Shown piece after piece: positions 52,767 to 64,000 of a stretch of 64,000 nucleotides of DNA. The notes beneath the pieces were generated by a model, which worked only from the letters and a program-made list of their open reading frames with translations, was not told the origin of the DNA and did no database searches. Location of the stretch: the NCBI GenBank assembly GCA_051294375.1, contig CM119269.1, positions 22,965,812-23,029,811 on the forward strand. Reading direction: 5' to 3'. Each line of letters begins with the position of its first letter. The first letter of the stretch is position 1. The position numbers and the translations under genes were made by a program. The stretch is from Paraspadella gotoi (Eukaryota; Animalia; Chaetognatha).

Positions 52767-53241
52767 AAAGAAAGAAAGAAGACAGAAAGACAGAAATAAA
52801 GAGATAAAGAGACAAAATGACGGAGAGATTAGAAAGAAATAAAGAACAAAAAAAGAGAAAGAGAGAGAGAGACAGAGAAGACAGATATGAGATGTTAGAA
52901 AGGCGAGTCTCAACTTCACTTATATCCAATTGATTTTTTCTTATTTGTCTTCACAATTTATTTCTCCTTTTTCTCAAAAAATTTCATAAGATTTCGGTTT
53001 TTTAAAATTTTGAATAAAAACAAAGAAAATAAAACTAAGAAGGACCACCCTTATTAAAAACCACCCTTTATAAAACCACCCATCCTGCTAACCTAGTGGA
53101 AAATACCCACCCCGCATCCTCTGCAGAAAAAACCACCCCGTTCGTTAAACCGTCCACTGATTTTTAACCACCCACTTCAAAAAAAATAAAAAATCCGTAA
53201 AGAACTTTAAAACTGAATTTAAAGTCAGCCATCCATATCGC

Positions 53242-53309
<68 letters not shown>

Positions 53310-54370
53310 TCTCTCTCTCTCTCAACGTTGAATGAGAAATCCTATTTTCCTCTCACCTCCTCTTTGCGTATGGGGGGAAAACCTTTCCGTTCTGTTGTTC
53401 GCTTAATCCCTCGTCTTCATCCCTCTCTCCCTCCATTCCTCCTCTTACCTCCCTCCTTTCCTCCTTTTCTGCTCCAATCCCTCTCTCCCCCTCTCTCCCT
53501 CCCTCCCTCCCTCTTTTCTCCTCTCCTCCCTCTCTCTTCCTCTCTCTTTCTCTATCTTCTCTCCCTCCTCCCTCTCTCTCCCTCTTTCACTAACCTCTCT
53601 TTTCTCTCTTCCTTCTTCACCGAATCAGGCGCCTCTCGCGTTGGATCCATTAATCACAGTCTAGACGAGTCACCGCTTTCACATCTTCATAGCTTTCTTT
53701 CACCTTTCTTTTTCTTCTCTTCACAGCTTCTCTTTCACCTTGCTTTTTTCTCTTCACAGCTTCTCTTCACCTTCTTTCTTCTCTTCACAGCTTCTCTTTT
53801 CACCTTTTCTTTTCTTCTCTTCACAGCTTCTCTTTCACCTTCTTTTCTTCTCTTCACAGCTCTCTTTCACCTTTCTTTTCTCTCTCACAGCTTCTCTTTC
53901 ACCTCACTCTCTTTTTCTTATTTATTTAACATTTCGTTTCTTGACTCCAAAATTTTAATATACAATTTTCTCAAACGTCAAACAAACCTTTTTAATTAAA
54001 CATGCCAGTTTTAATTAAAATGTATTAAGATATTTATGTATAGATATTTATAATACGCTATACGTATCTTATTAACTTTTTCTTTAAAGTTTTCTAATTT
54101 TTATTCATTTATGTTATTTTTAAAAATTCTTTTAAATATAATGACAGATATTTAAATTTTAATAAAAATAACAACCAAAAATTTGATAGACTGGGGAATA
54201 TTTAGTATTAAAGAAGAGAGAGAGACAGAGAGAGAGAGAAAGAGACAAGAGAGAGAGAGAGCGAGTTATTTGTACCCTTCACCAATGCTTCTCAGCCCAC
54301 GAAGAGTTTCCATCAGAAAACTCATGTTTTGCTCATCGGAGGCCAAAGTCGAAACATTTTATGGATGAAT

Positions 54371-54447
<77 letters not shown>

Positions 54448-56193
54448 CTTTGGTAGCAAGGTCTTTGAGATGGCATCAATTAGGTGGTCATTAATCAACT
54501 TTCCTTTCGTTGAAGAGAAAAGAGAAAATTTTCCTCTTCTTCTTCTTCCTCCTCCTCCTCCTCCTCCTCTCCTCTCTCCCTCCCTTCGCTCATACTTTTC
54601 TCAGGTCTCTGTCTCTGTCTCTGTCTTGCTCGTTAACCAACTCGTTAACTCCTTAAAGACATCTCTCTCACGCTTTGCTTACCTTTTTCCTCTTACCCTA
54701 GAATTTTTCTCTCCTCTTCTCTCCTTTCTCTCTCTCTCTCTGCTCTCTCTCCTCTCTCTTTCTCTCTCTCTCTCTCTCTCCTCTCTCCCACTCCTTGTCT
54801 TCATCCTTTCTTCTCTCTCTCTCCGTACCTCTCTCACTCTCTCTCACCATGATTTGGAATCTCTCTCTCTCTCTCTTTCTCTCTCTCACCAAATTAATCA
54901 GAACAAGACGTCTTCTCGGTCCAACCAACTTTAATTTTTCATTCTCTCTCTCTCCTCTCTTCTCTTTCTCTCCCTCTCTCTCTGTCTCTTTCTCTCCTCT
55001 GACTTTTTATTTCATTATTTCCTATTTTTCCTTTCATTCATTCATAAATTTTGTATTTTTTAAGTTAAGAAAAAACACAGACAAAATTAACAACAAACAT
55101 TTTGTACTTCTCGATTGACTAGCGACCCACACATTCTTTTCATATGTTTACAAGTGTGCGCAAAACCTTCCTCACACGAAGTCACACAGTATGCGCAGGC
55201 TGTCGAATTCCCAAGAAATCCATCCATTCCTGTGACTTCGGTTTTGGGGGAGGAGAGATTTTGAGTCAATCTTCAGGTCTGGCCAAGGGTTGTAGAGGAG
55301 AGAGAGACGGGAGGAGAGAAGAGAGAGAGGAAAAGAGAGAGAGAGAGTAAGAGAGAGATACGAGAGAGAGAGACCGACGACAGAAACTAATCTTCCTCTT
55401 ATTCTTCAATCAAGTAACTGGTCAAAAATCTGCGATGTCTACGATCAACATCAATCTTAATCAACAACAACAACAACAACAACAACGACCGACGTCAATG
55501 ATTGACTCTTTTTTCAAAAAAAGCGCCCAATTTTTTGGCTTTTTTTTCCAAAAGCGCCTTTTTTCTTTTGTAAATCTAAAACTTAATTTACATTAAGATT
55601 AAAACTCTAATCTGATACCAACTATATGATGAGCGGGGTTTTCCGTCTTCAAAACCCTATCCTTAATCTTTAACCTTAATCAATAACCTAATCTTAATCT
55701 TTATCTTTATCCAAACCTAATCCTTAATCTTAAGACCAAATCCTTTAATCTTTAACCTTAATCTATAACTTAATCCCTACATTAACCTAATTCTTAAGCC
55801 TAATCTATAACCCTAACCCCGAAGCCTAACCCTAACTTCCTATCCCTCAACCCAGATCACTACTAAAATCTCTAACCTCTACCTCTAATCTTTTAACTCA
55901 ATTCAGAATTAAATATGAAATGGGGCATTCTTGGAAAAGAAGGCACCATAATTTCTCCCGTCCTCGATGTCACCAAACTTCCCTTCAGTCGAGGCTAAAG
56001 ATTTGGGCTAAAACAACATTAAATATCACGAACAACAGCAACAACTGGTTAAATGACGACGACGACAACGACGACGACAGCAACCGAATCGGCTTCGGGA
56101 TTTCCTGTTGTTATGATCTTATCCAGAATGAGGAAGAAATAAGTTTTCTCTCGAATGGGCGATCGAGAGAGACAAAGAAGAAAGAGAGGAGAG

Positions 56194-56231
<38 letters not shown>

Positions 56232-56236
56232 AGAGA
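49898..56236. other. Probable false duplication (long-read gap fill) of 40090-43570 plus 47313-49890
   Basis: Repeats both blocks in order with scattered indels. Ends at a 25-N gap. Confidence 0.8.
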
Positions 56237-56261
56237 NNNNNNNNNNNNNNNNNNNNNNNNN

Positions 56262-56298
<37 letters not shown>

Positions 56299-57011
56299 CC
56301 TCTCGATCGCGATCGATTATCCAAAGAAGTTAAGGAGCGAGAGAGAGCCAGAGGGAGAGAGACAGAATTTCCCCAACTTTCATTTTTATCTCTTTTTCCT
56401 TTGAGTGGACTGAAGATCAAAAATATGTATTTTCTGTGCCCCCTCAGCAGCAACAGAACAGGAACCTGGCTGGAACTAGTCCAAGTGGGGTTTCCAGGCC
56501 CCCATTGCGGTTTAAGACATGTTTTCCGGCGAGGTGAACTTGGCGTAATTTCTCCTTCTCTTTTTTTCTTCCTTTTACTCTCATTACCTTTCTATTTACC
56601 CCTCTCTCTCTTTTATTATTTTTTTCTTCTCTTTCGTACTTTTCCTCCTATCTTTTCTCTTTCCCTCCTCCTCCTCCTCTTCCTCTTCCTCCTCCTCCTC
56701 ATTCTTCTTCATCGTTAGTTTGATCCAATAATCGAATTTGAAAAAAATATTTCTTGTTCTTCACCGACATCGTCATCGTCGTCGTCATCGTCGTCGTCGT
56801 CATCGTCGTCTTCATCATCATCATCATTGTCGTCATGGTCGTCGTCCTCGTTGTCGCTTTCGTCGTCGTCATCGTCGTAGTTGTCATCTATTTTTATGTT
56901 TTCTTCTGCATCGTCTTAAAATATCACAATCATTGTTATCATCGTCGTTCTTATCACCTTCATCGTTGCTGTCATAATGTCACAGTCATCATCGTCATAA
57001 CTATGACTTAT

Positions 57012-57046
<35 letters not shown>

Positions 57047-57149
57047 CTTCTCGTTAAATCTTACTGGTCGCGACTCCGTTATTCCTATTTCACGTGTTTT
57101 CCCTGTAACGCTTGATGTACTAGTACGTGAGAGTAAACAACGCTTTTAT

Positions 57150-57670
57150 TCACAATTCTCCTTTTTCACACTGTATCGTTTTATTTTGTATTATCCCTTT
57201 TTACCCTCTAGCTTTTTGTTTTTCAATTCTCCCATCCTTTACTTTCCAATTTTCGCTTTTCACCCTGTATTGCTTAGTTCTCCCATTCTTTTTTTTTACC
57301 CTGTATCGCTTTTTTTTAACTTTTTCAACCTGTAGCGCTTTAAACTCTTATTCTCCCTTTTCACCATGTTAAGCTTTATTTTTAATTTTTTCCTTTTTAT
57401 CCTGTACCACTTTATTCTCCAATTCATCTTTTTAACCTGGTCTAGTTGATAATTTTTACCCTGTAGCCTTTTATTATCCAATTCTTATTTTACCCTGTAG
57501 CGCTCTATTCTCCAATTCTTCTTTTTTACCCTGTACCGCTTTATTCTCCAATTAATATTTATAACCATGTACCGCTTTAATCTTTAAATAACACTTTATA
57601 CTCTCCAATTCTTCTTCTTCACCCTGTAGCCCCTTATTCTTCATTTTCACCCTGTAACGTCTCATTCTCA
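57150..57670. repeat. Degenerate ~35-bp minisatellite (TTTACCCTGTAGCGCTTTATTCTCCAATTC)
   Basis: Recurring ACCCTGTA and ATTCTCCAATT words. Confidence 0.7.
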
Positions 57671-57749
57671 ATTCTCGCTCTGTTCCCCGATATTTATGCT
57701 TATCACATTCTGACCCAAACTTTCTTTGACTCAGAAAAATCGCTCGGAT

Positions 57750-57862
<113 letters not shown>

Positions 57863-58182
57863 CGTGTTTGCCATGTTCTGGCTTTATCCTTTATCCCATA
57901 CTTTTTAACCAGAATTCTATGATATATTACTTTTGATATTAACATTTCTGTATAATATTTTTCAAGCTTAAAGTTCCATGACTTAATTGTATAAAATGTT
58001 TATACATACGATTTCATAAGACATCTACTACGTATATCTTTCGCTTTTATATTATCAATATTAATATTATCTTTACAATTATTATTTATATTTACTAAAT
58101 TTTGTTTTTCTCTCATCTTCTCTCCTTCTCTTATTTATTCCTCCAATTTTTCTCTCATTTTCGTTCTTTTTCTCCTTTCATT

Positions 58183-58256
<74 letters not shown>

Positions 58257-58489
58257 CTTTCACTCCAACAATGTCTCTCTTCTTTCCCCTCACAATTTCC
58301 TTGACCTTTTTCTCCTTTTTTCTCCTTATTTTTCCTTTTTTTGACCCATTTTTTCTCCTTTCATTCTCCATCTTGACCCATATTTTCTCTCTCTCTCTCT
58401 CTTTTCCTCTCTCTTTCTCTGTCTTCCAACGGATCTCATTACTTCAACCATTTCCTGCGTTTCTCTCTCTCTCTCTCTCTCTCCTCTCT

Positions 58490-58541
<52 letters not shown>

Positions 58542-59049
58542 ATAATTCCGTTAAGTGATGTTCGAAACTCCCTGTAGGATCTCGCGGGTTTTCGAGTCAG
58601 TCTGCGTGTAAGGTCGTGTAGGATTAACTGCGATCGCTACATGTCTTGAAAGATGGTGTAAGATGTTGATATTAGGTACTCGTTCAAGTCTTAATTTGAA
58701 TTTTGTGATCATCCTTTGGTCGTTCAATGTTTTTGCAACCAAAGTCGTGAGCTTGTGATTATTTATACAAAAATATATCGAGGTTGAAATCAGAGATGAA
58801 AAAATCGAAACGCGGTGCTTTCAGAATATAGTTCTCATATTTTCTCCATTCCCCACATTTTTTACTCTAGTGACAAAAATCTTAAAAGATTCTTATTTCG
58901 AATTCTATTTCATTAATTTTTATTTCTTTTTCATTTTATTCCAATTTTTCACTTATTTTCTTTTCTCTCTTTTTTTGTGGTGAAATATGATCTTTTTCTG
59001 GTTCCAATTTTTACTTTTTTAATCAAAAGCGTCTCAGTTTCTCTGTCTG

Positions 59050-59128
<79 letters not shown>

Positions 59129-59231
59129 GTCCGGAATTGAAGAGAGAGAGAGAGAGAAAGATAACTTGAACGGAATCCATGACTGGGGATAAAAAATATT
59201 TCGAGCCTTGGATTTCGCCACATTGAAGAAA

Positions 59232-59271
<40 letters not shown>

Positions 59272-59364
59272 AAGTCGCGACTGATTTTGTATCAAATCGA
59301 AATTTCTTATCCAATTAATCGAATCCCCATCAATGTGTCCACCAATCTAATCCCGAGCCCTTTT

Positions 59365-60081
59365 GGGCCTTATTTTCCCAGAACATCCCATTTTATGTTA
59401 AATTCGGAATTTGGTTATTTTTTTTCTAGTTAAAGATTAGATTAAAGGTTAAATATAAGGGTTTATGTTAATGATTAATATTAGGGATATAGTTTGTGAT
59501 TAGGGTTAGGAATAGGTTATTGATTAATGTTTAGGGTTAAAGGAAAACGGGAAAACAGTTTGTAGTCGGGCATTGCCTAGGTTCACCCCGCCTAGAATCA
59601 TAACTCTTTCAGTTGTGACCCGGTGGCTCATTGAGAAAAGCTATCAGTTCATGACCATTAGGTACCGGGTTCAATCTTAACCCGGTACCTACCCTGCGGG
59701 AAGCGTGAGGACGGTTTTAAGCCGCTTTGGGGGTATGGCAAACCCTCAAGCTTGGTTCCAAGCCTTGGGACCCGTTCCATGGCTGTTAGAGGGGGTTATA
59801 AAAGTTACGGACAGTCATCTTCAGCCCACGTAGCGCTTTATCCACAAGTTTAGTGTTAAGGTTTAGGATTAGGATAGGATTAGCGATTATGGTTTTGGAT
59901 TTGGATTAGGGTTTAGGATTGGTTTATAAGTTTAAAAACATTTTAATGTTAAATATCAAAGTTAAATTTAAAACCTGGGCTAATGGGGCACTCTCAGAAA
60001 AGAGAGCTGTTAAATATTAAAGATTAAAATGAAATTCCGGAATAAAGGAAAAGAAAAGGAGCGTTTTTAGAAAAGAGAGTT
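59365..60081 (+). mobile_element. TTAGGG-core TIR element carrying a nested SINE
   Basis: Starts GGGCCTTATTTTCCCAGAAC and ends GGAGCGTTTTTAGAAAAGAGAGTT, with TTAGGG-like units on both sides of the SINE. Confidence 0.55.
59617..59847 (+). mobile_element. tRNA-derived SINE-like element
   Basis: A-box-like TGGCTCATTG (59624) and B-box-like GGTTCAATC (59668) at tRNA-like spacing, followed by a non-tRNA body. Confidence 0.55.
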
Positions 60082-60691
60082 CAATGAAGAATAAAAACAA
60101 CAACAACAACAACTTTCGCCATTTCTTTTCTTCTTCTTACGATTTTTATTTCATTTTTTTTTATGAATTAAAAAAAAATGGAAAATCGAAAATCGTTGGT
60201 CGTTAAAAAGAGGCGGCGGCGGCGTCGGCGGCGGCGGCGGNNNNNNNNNNGGCGGCGGCGGCGTGAAAGCCCGCCATTGCATTAACCCGAGAGGCGAGAT
60301 GGAAAAGCCTCTTCAGAATCGTTGTCGTCGTCGTCGTCGTCGTCGTCGTCTACTTGAGAGAAAATAGTTATAAACGAAGTTGAAGAGAGAAAAATCTTAG
60401 ATCGTGAAAAACGGACGAACGGACGGACGGGCGGGCGGACGGATGGACAGAGGGATAAAAGGAAGGAAGAAATTGTAGATTAATAATATTAATAAATATG
60501 TCCGTTAGAGAATGAAAATCGCACATCGTTTGAATAGATAAAAACAACAGATAATTAAACAAATAAAGTAATCAATAAATTAATGAATAGATAAATAAAT
60601 AAATAAATAAGCAAACATAGGATTTCTATAAGTCTTTGGAGAGTTTTCCTTTCTTTCCTTTCTTTCCAACTGCACTTGAGACGTCCAGAGC

Positions 60692-60743
<52 letters not shown>

Positions 60744-61099
60744 CCGCAGAGAAAAGTGTCGCGTTCCAATTCACATCACCTCGTTTGGAGAGGGTCGCTC
60801 TTCTTATTGTTGTTGTTGGTGTTGTTGTTATAGATGTTGTTGCTATAGTTAAATTATTTTTTCTTATTGTAGTATTTTTTTTTATTTACTGACAGTATGA
60901 CAGCAGTTTGTCGTTAAACTTCCATTGAGAACATTAGAAGCAAATAATATGACAATACTGTAATATGCAAATTGCATTGTGGATGCACGGCTTCACATAG
61001 GTTGCAAATATTCTCAGTTAAAGAAGGGACTCGCCTCTTTCTCTACAAACTAGATTTCATACTCAAATAGTTTGTGTGTGTCCTCTCTCTCTCTCTCTG

Positions 61100-61157
<58 letters not shown>

Positions 61158-61199
61158 CTCTCTCTCAACCGATTTCCGCCACCAAAGTTGTGTTTTTTC

Positions 61200-61461
61200 T
61201 TTGGTCGTCGTCGTCATGGAAACCGGAAACGCAGGCCACGCCCCTTCGCCGATTCCGAGACTCTCTCTCTCCTCTGCTCTTTTCTCTGCTCTCTCTGTCT
61301 GCCCTCTCTCTATTCTCTCTCTCTGTTCTATCCCTGCCCTCTCTCACTTCACTCTCTTTCTCTCTGCTCTCTCTCTGTCTGCCCTCTCACTCTTTCTCTT
61401 ACTCTCTTCTTTCCCTGCCCTCTTTCACTCCTTTTCTCTCTCTCTCTCTTTCTCTCTCTTC

Positions 61462-61512
<51 letters not shown>

Positions 61513-61545
61513 ACTCCAACTTCCGGCGTTTCTTCCAAGATGGCG
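61200..61545 (+). promoter_or_regulatory. Candidate Pol II promoter motif cluster
   Basis: X-box-like GTCGTCATGGAAAC, ETS CCGGAA, KLF/Sp CCACGCCCC, ETS ACTTCCGG and YY1 CAAGATGGCG, upstream of a candidate exon at about 61640-61712. Duplicated at 63170-63240. Confidence 0.4.
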
Positions 61546-62370
61546 TGATGATGGCTACTCAGACCGGCGCCGTTCTCTCTATCTCTCCGGCGTCCCCGAC
61601 CGCGCCTTCTGTCCAAAACCGGCGTCTTTTCTTTTCTAGAAATGTCTCCTTTGATTATCGGTGTCGAAATCTCAAGACGAGGAAAAGCTTTTTTCGAGAT
61701 CGACCGCCTTAGGTGTTTACTTTAGAGGTGGAAGTTTTTTTGTGTTTTTATTTTTTGTGGTCTTTTTGGTTATTAACACAAAATATTTGATAATTTTGTA
61801 ACTGGAATGAAAATGATAAAGATAAAAAAGTAGTTCAATCCACCTTAATAATGTTCCAGCAAAATGCTGTAATATGTAATATGATAATAGATTTTTCAAA
61901 TTTATACAAAATACATAAATATTTAAATATGGGAGGATTTTCTACTACTTATAAACACTGATTAATTTTACTAAACTTTTTTGTTTAGAAACTAAATTTA
62001 TAGTGTAACTTTTCACACCAAAAAATCGAAATTAAATGACTAAAATCAGAGAATTTTTTTTTTATTTTATAAAAATAGCCAATAGTTCTATATACTAGAT
62101 AATATTTAAAAACTATAAAAGTTATATTTTTTTATGCAATTAGTATGTTAAATAACACACTCGCTAAATTAAACATTAATTTATTAGAAATTTAATAACC
62201 TTAGTTATTTTTAATTTTTGCGCTCGATTTTCCCTTTTTGAATCCAAGGTCAAACACGCTTCGTCGTCGTCGTTCGTCGTCGTCGTCGTCGTCGTCGTCG
62301 TCCTCTCTCTTATCATCATGCCAGATCGTCTACGTCACCGAAATCTTCTCTCGATTTTTTCGCGTCGTTT

Positions 62371-62416
<46 letters not shown>

Positions 62417-62495
62417 CTCTCTCTCTCTCTCTCTCTGTCGTCGCGTTCCCTTTCATCGAATTTCATCTTTTCCCAACGAGATTCGGACGCGACCC

Positions 62496-62790
62496 GTCGG
62501 TCGGTCGGTCGGTCGGTCCGGTCGGTGGGTCGGTCGGTCGATCGGTCGGTCGTCGGTCGGTCGGTCGGTCGGTCGGGTCGGTCGGTCGGTCGGTCGGTCG
62601 GTCGGTCGTCGGTCGGTCGGTCGGTCGGTCCGGTCGTCCGGTCGGTCGGTCGTCGGTCGGTCGGTCGGTCGGTCGGTCGGTCGGTCGGTCGGTCGGTCCG
62701 GTTCGGTCGGTCGGTCGTCGGTCGGTCGGTCGTCGGTCGGTCGGTCGGTCGGTCGTCGTCGGTCGGTCGGTCGGTCGGTCGGTCGGTCGG
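62496..62790. repeat. (GTCG)n microsatellite
   Basis: Direct reading. Confidence 0.95.
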
Positions 62791-62804
62791 TTCCTTCGTA
62801 ATCA

Positions 62805-62839
<35 letters not shown>

Positions 62840-62905
62840 TTCTTTTCGTCCCGTCCTCACGTCAGTAACCGTAAATCTCTTTCTCTTCTTTATGTGTGTG
62901 AGCGC

Positions 62906-62976
<71 letters not shown>

Positions 62977-63137
62977 GTCTCAAACCGTCGGTGGAAATTC
63001 TTCTGCAAAAGATTTTTTTTTCCTTTTGGCTTTTTTTTTGTTTTTATTTTCTCAAAAAAAAAAAAGGCTTAAAAAAGCGGAAATAAAAAATAAAAAGGAC
63101 AAAAATTTGCGGNNNNNNNNNNNNNNNNNNNNNNNNN

Positions 63138-64000
63138 CGATTTCCGCCACCAAAGTTGTGTTTTCTCTTTGGTCGTCGTCGTCATGGAAACCGGAAACGC
63201 AGGCCACGCNNNNNNNNNNTTTCTTCCAAGATGGCGTGATGATGGCTACTCAGACCGGCGCCGTTCTCTCTATCTCTCCCGGCGTCCCCGACCGGCGCCT
63301 TCTGTCCAAAACCGGCGTCTTTCTCTTTTCCTAGAAATGTCTCCTTTGATTATCGGTGTCGAAATCTCAAGACGAGGAAAAGCTTTTCTTTCGAGATCGA
63401 CCGCCTTAGGTGTTTACTTTAGAGGTGGAAGTTTTTTGTGTTTTTATTTTTTGTGGTCTTTTTGGTTATTAACACAAAATATTTGATAATTTTGGTAACT
63501 GGAATGAAAATGATAAAAGATAAAAAAGTAGTTCAATCCACCTTAATAATGTTCCAGCAAAATGCTGTAATATGTAAATATGAATAATTAGATTTTTACA
63601 AATTTATACAAAATACATAAATATTTAAATATGGGAGGATTTTCTACTACTTATAAACACTGATTAATTTTTACTAAACTTTTTGTTTAGAAACTAAATT
63701 ATAGTGTAACTTTTCACACAAAAAATCGAATAAAATGAACTAAAATCAGAGAAATTTTTTTTTATTTTATAAAAATAGCCAATAGTTCTAATATACTAGA
63801 TAATATTTAAAAACTATAAAAGTTTATATTTTTTTATGCAATTAGTATGTATAAATAACACACTCGCTAAATTAAACAATTAAATTTATTAGAAATTTAG
63901 TAACCTTAGTTAGTTTTTTAATTTTGCGCTCGATTTTCCCTTTTTTGGAATCCAAGGGTCAAACACGCTTCGTAGTCGTCGTCGTCGTCGTCGTCGTCGT
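63138..64000. other. Second copy of 61168-62300 across a 25-N gap (probable assembly overlap)
   Basis: Colinear, differing mainly by 1-bp indels. Confidence 0.8.

Overview
Eukaryotic (most likely invertebrate animal) genomic DNA. It is AT-rich and saturated with (GA)n, (GTC)n, (GTCG)n and (GATT)n microsatellites, and nearly all ORFs in the supplied track are low-complexity artefacts. No intact recognisable host gene is present; only short candidate exons sit between microsatellites. The main discovery is a microsatellite-free insert of at least 6.5 kb (about 9456-16019) nested in a TTAGGG-like array. It carries a frameshifted + strand gene with a C2H2 zinc finger and a tyrosine-recombinase catalytic domain, a terminus with four GGCGA-NN-TCGCC palindromes, and arrays of CCCTAA-containing higher-order repeats. 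I read it as a Crypton-like YR DNA element. A second foreign block (about 19795-24284) holds an intron-containing, possibly SGNH-hydrolase-like gene remnant. Other supported elements are two solo LTRs with 5-bp TSDs, a Penelope-like inverted remnant with a hammerhead motif and a 13-bp TSD, a Helentron-associated (DINE-1-like) element, a foldback MITE (2 copies), a TIR family with a TTAGGG-like core (4 independent copies), SINE-like repeats and several minisatellites. Seven exactly 25-N gaps flanked by noisy duplicated sequence point to long-read gap filling. More than 10 kb of the window is therefore probably false duplication, and the frameshifts and placement of the two inserts need independent confirmation.
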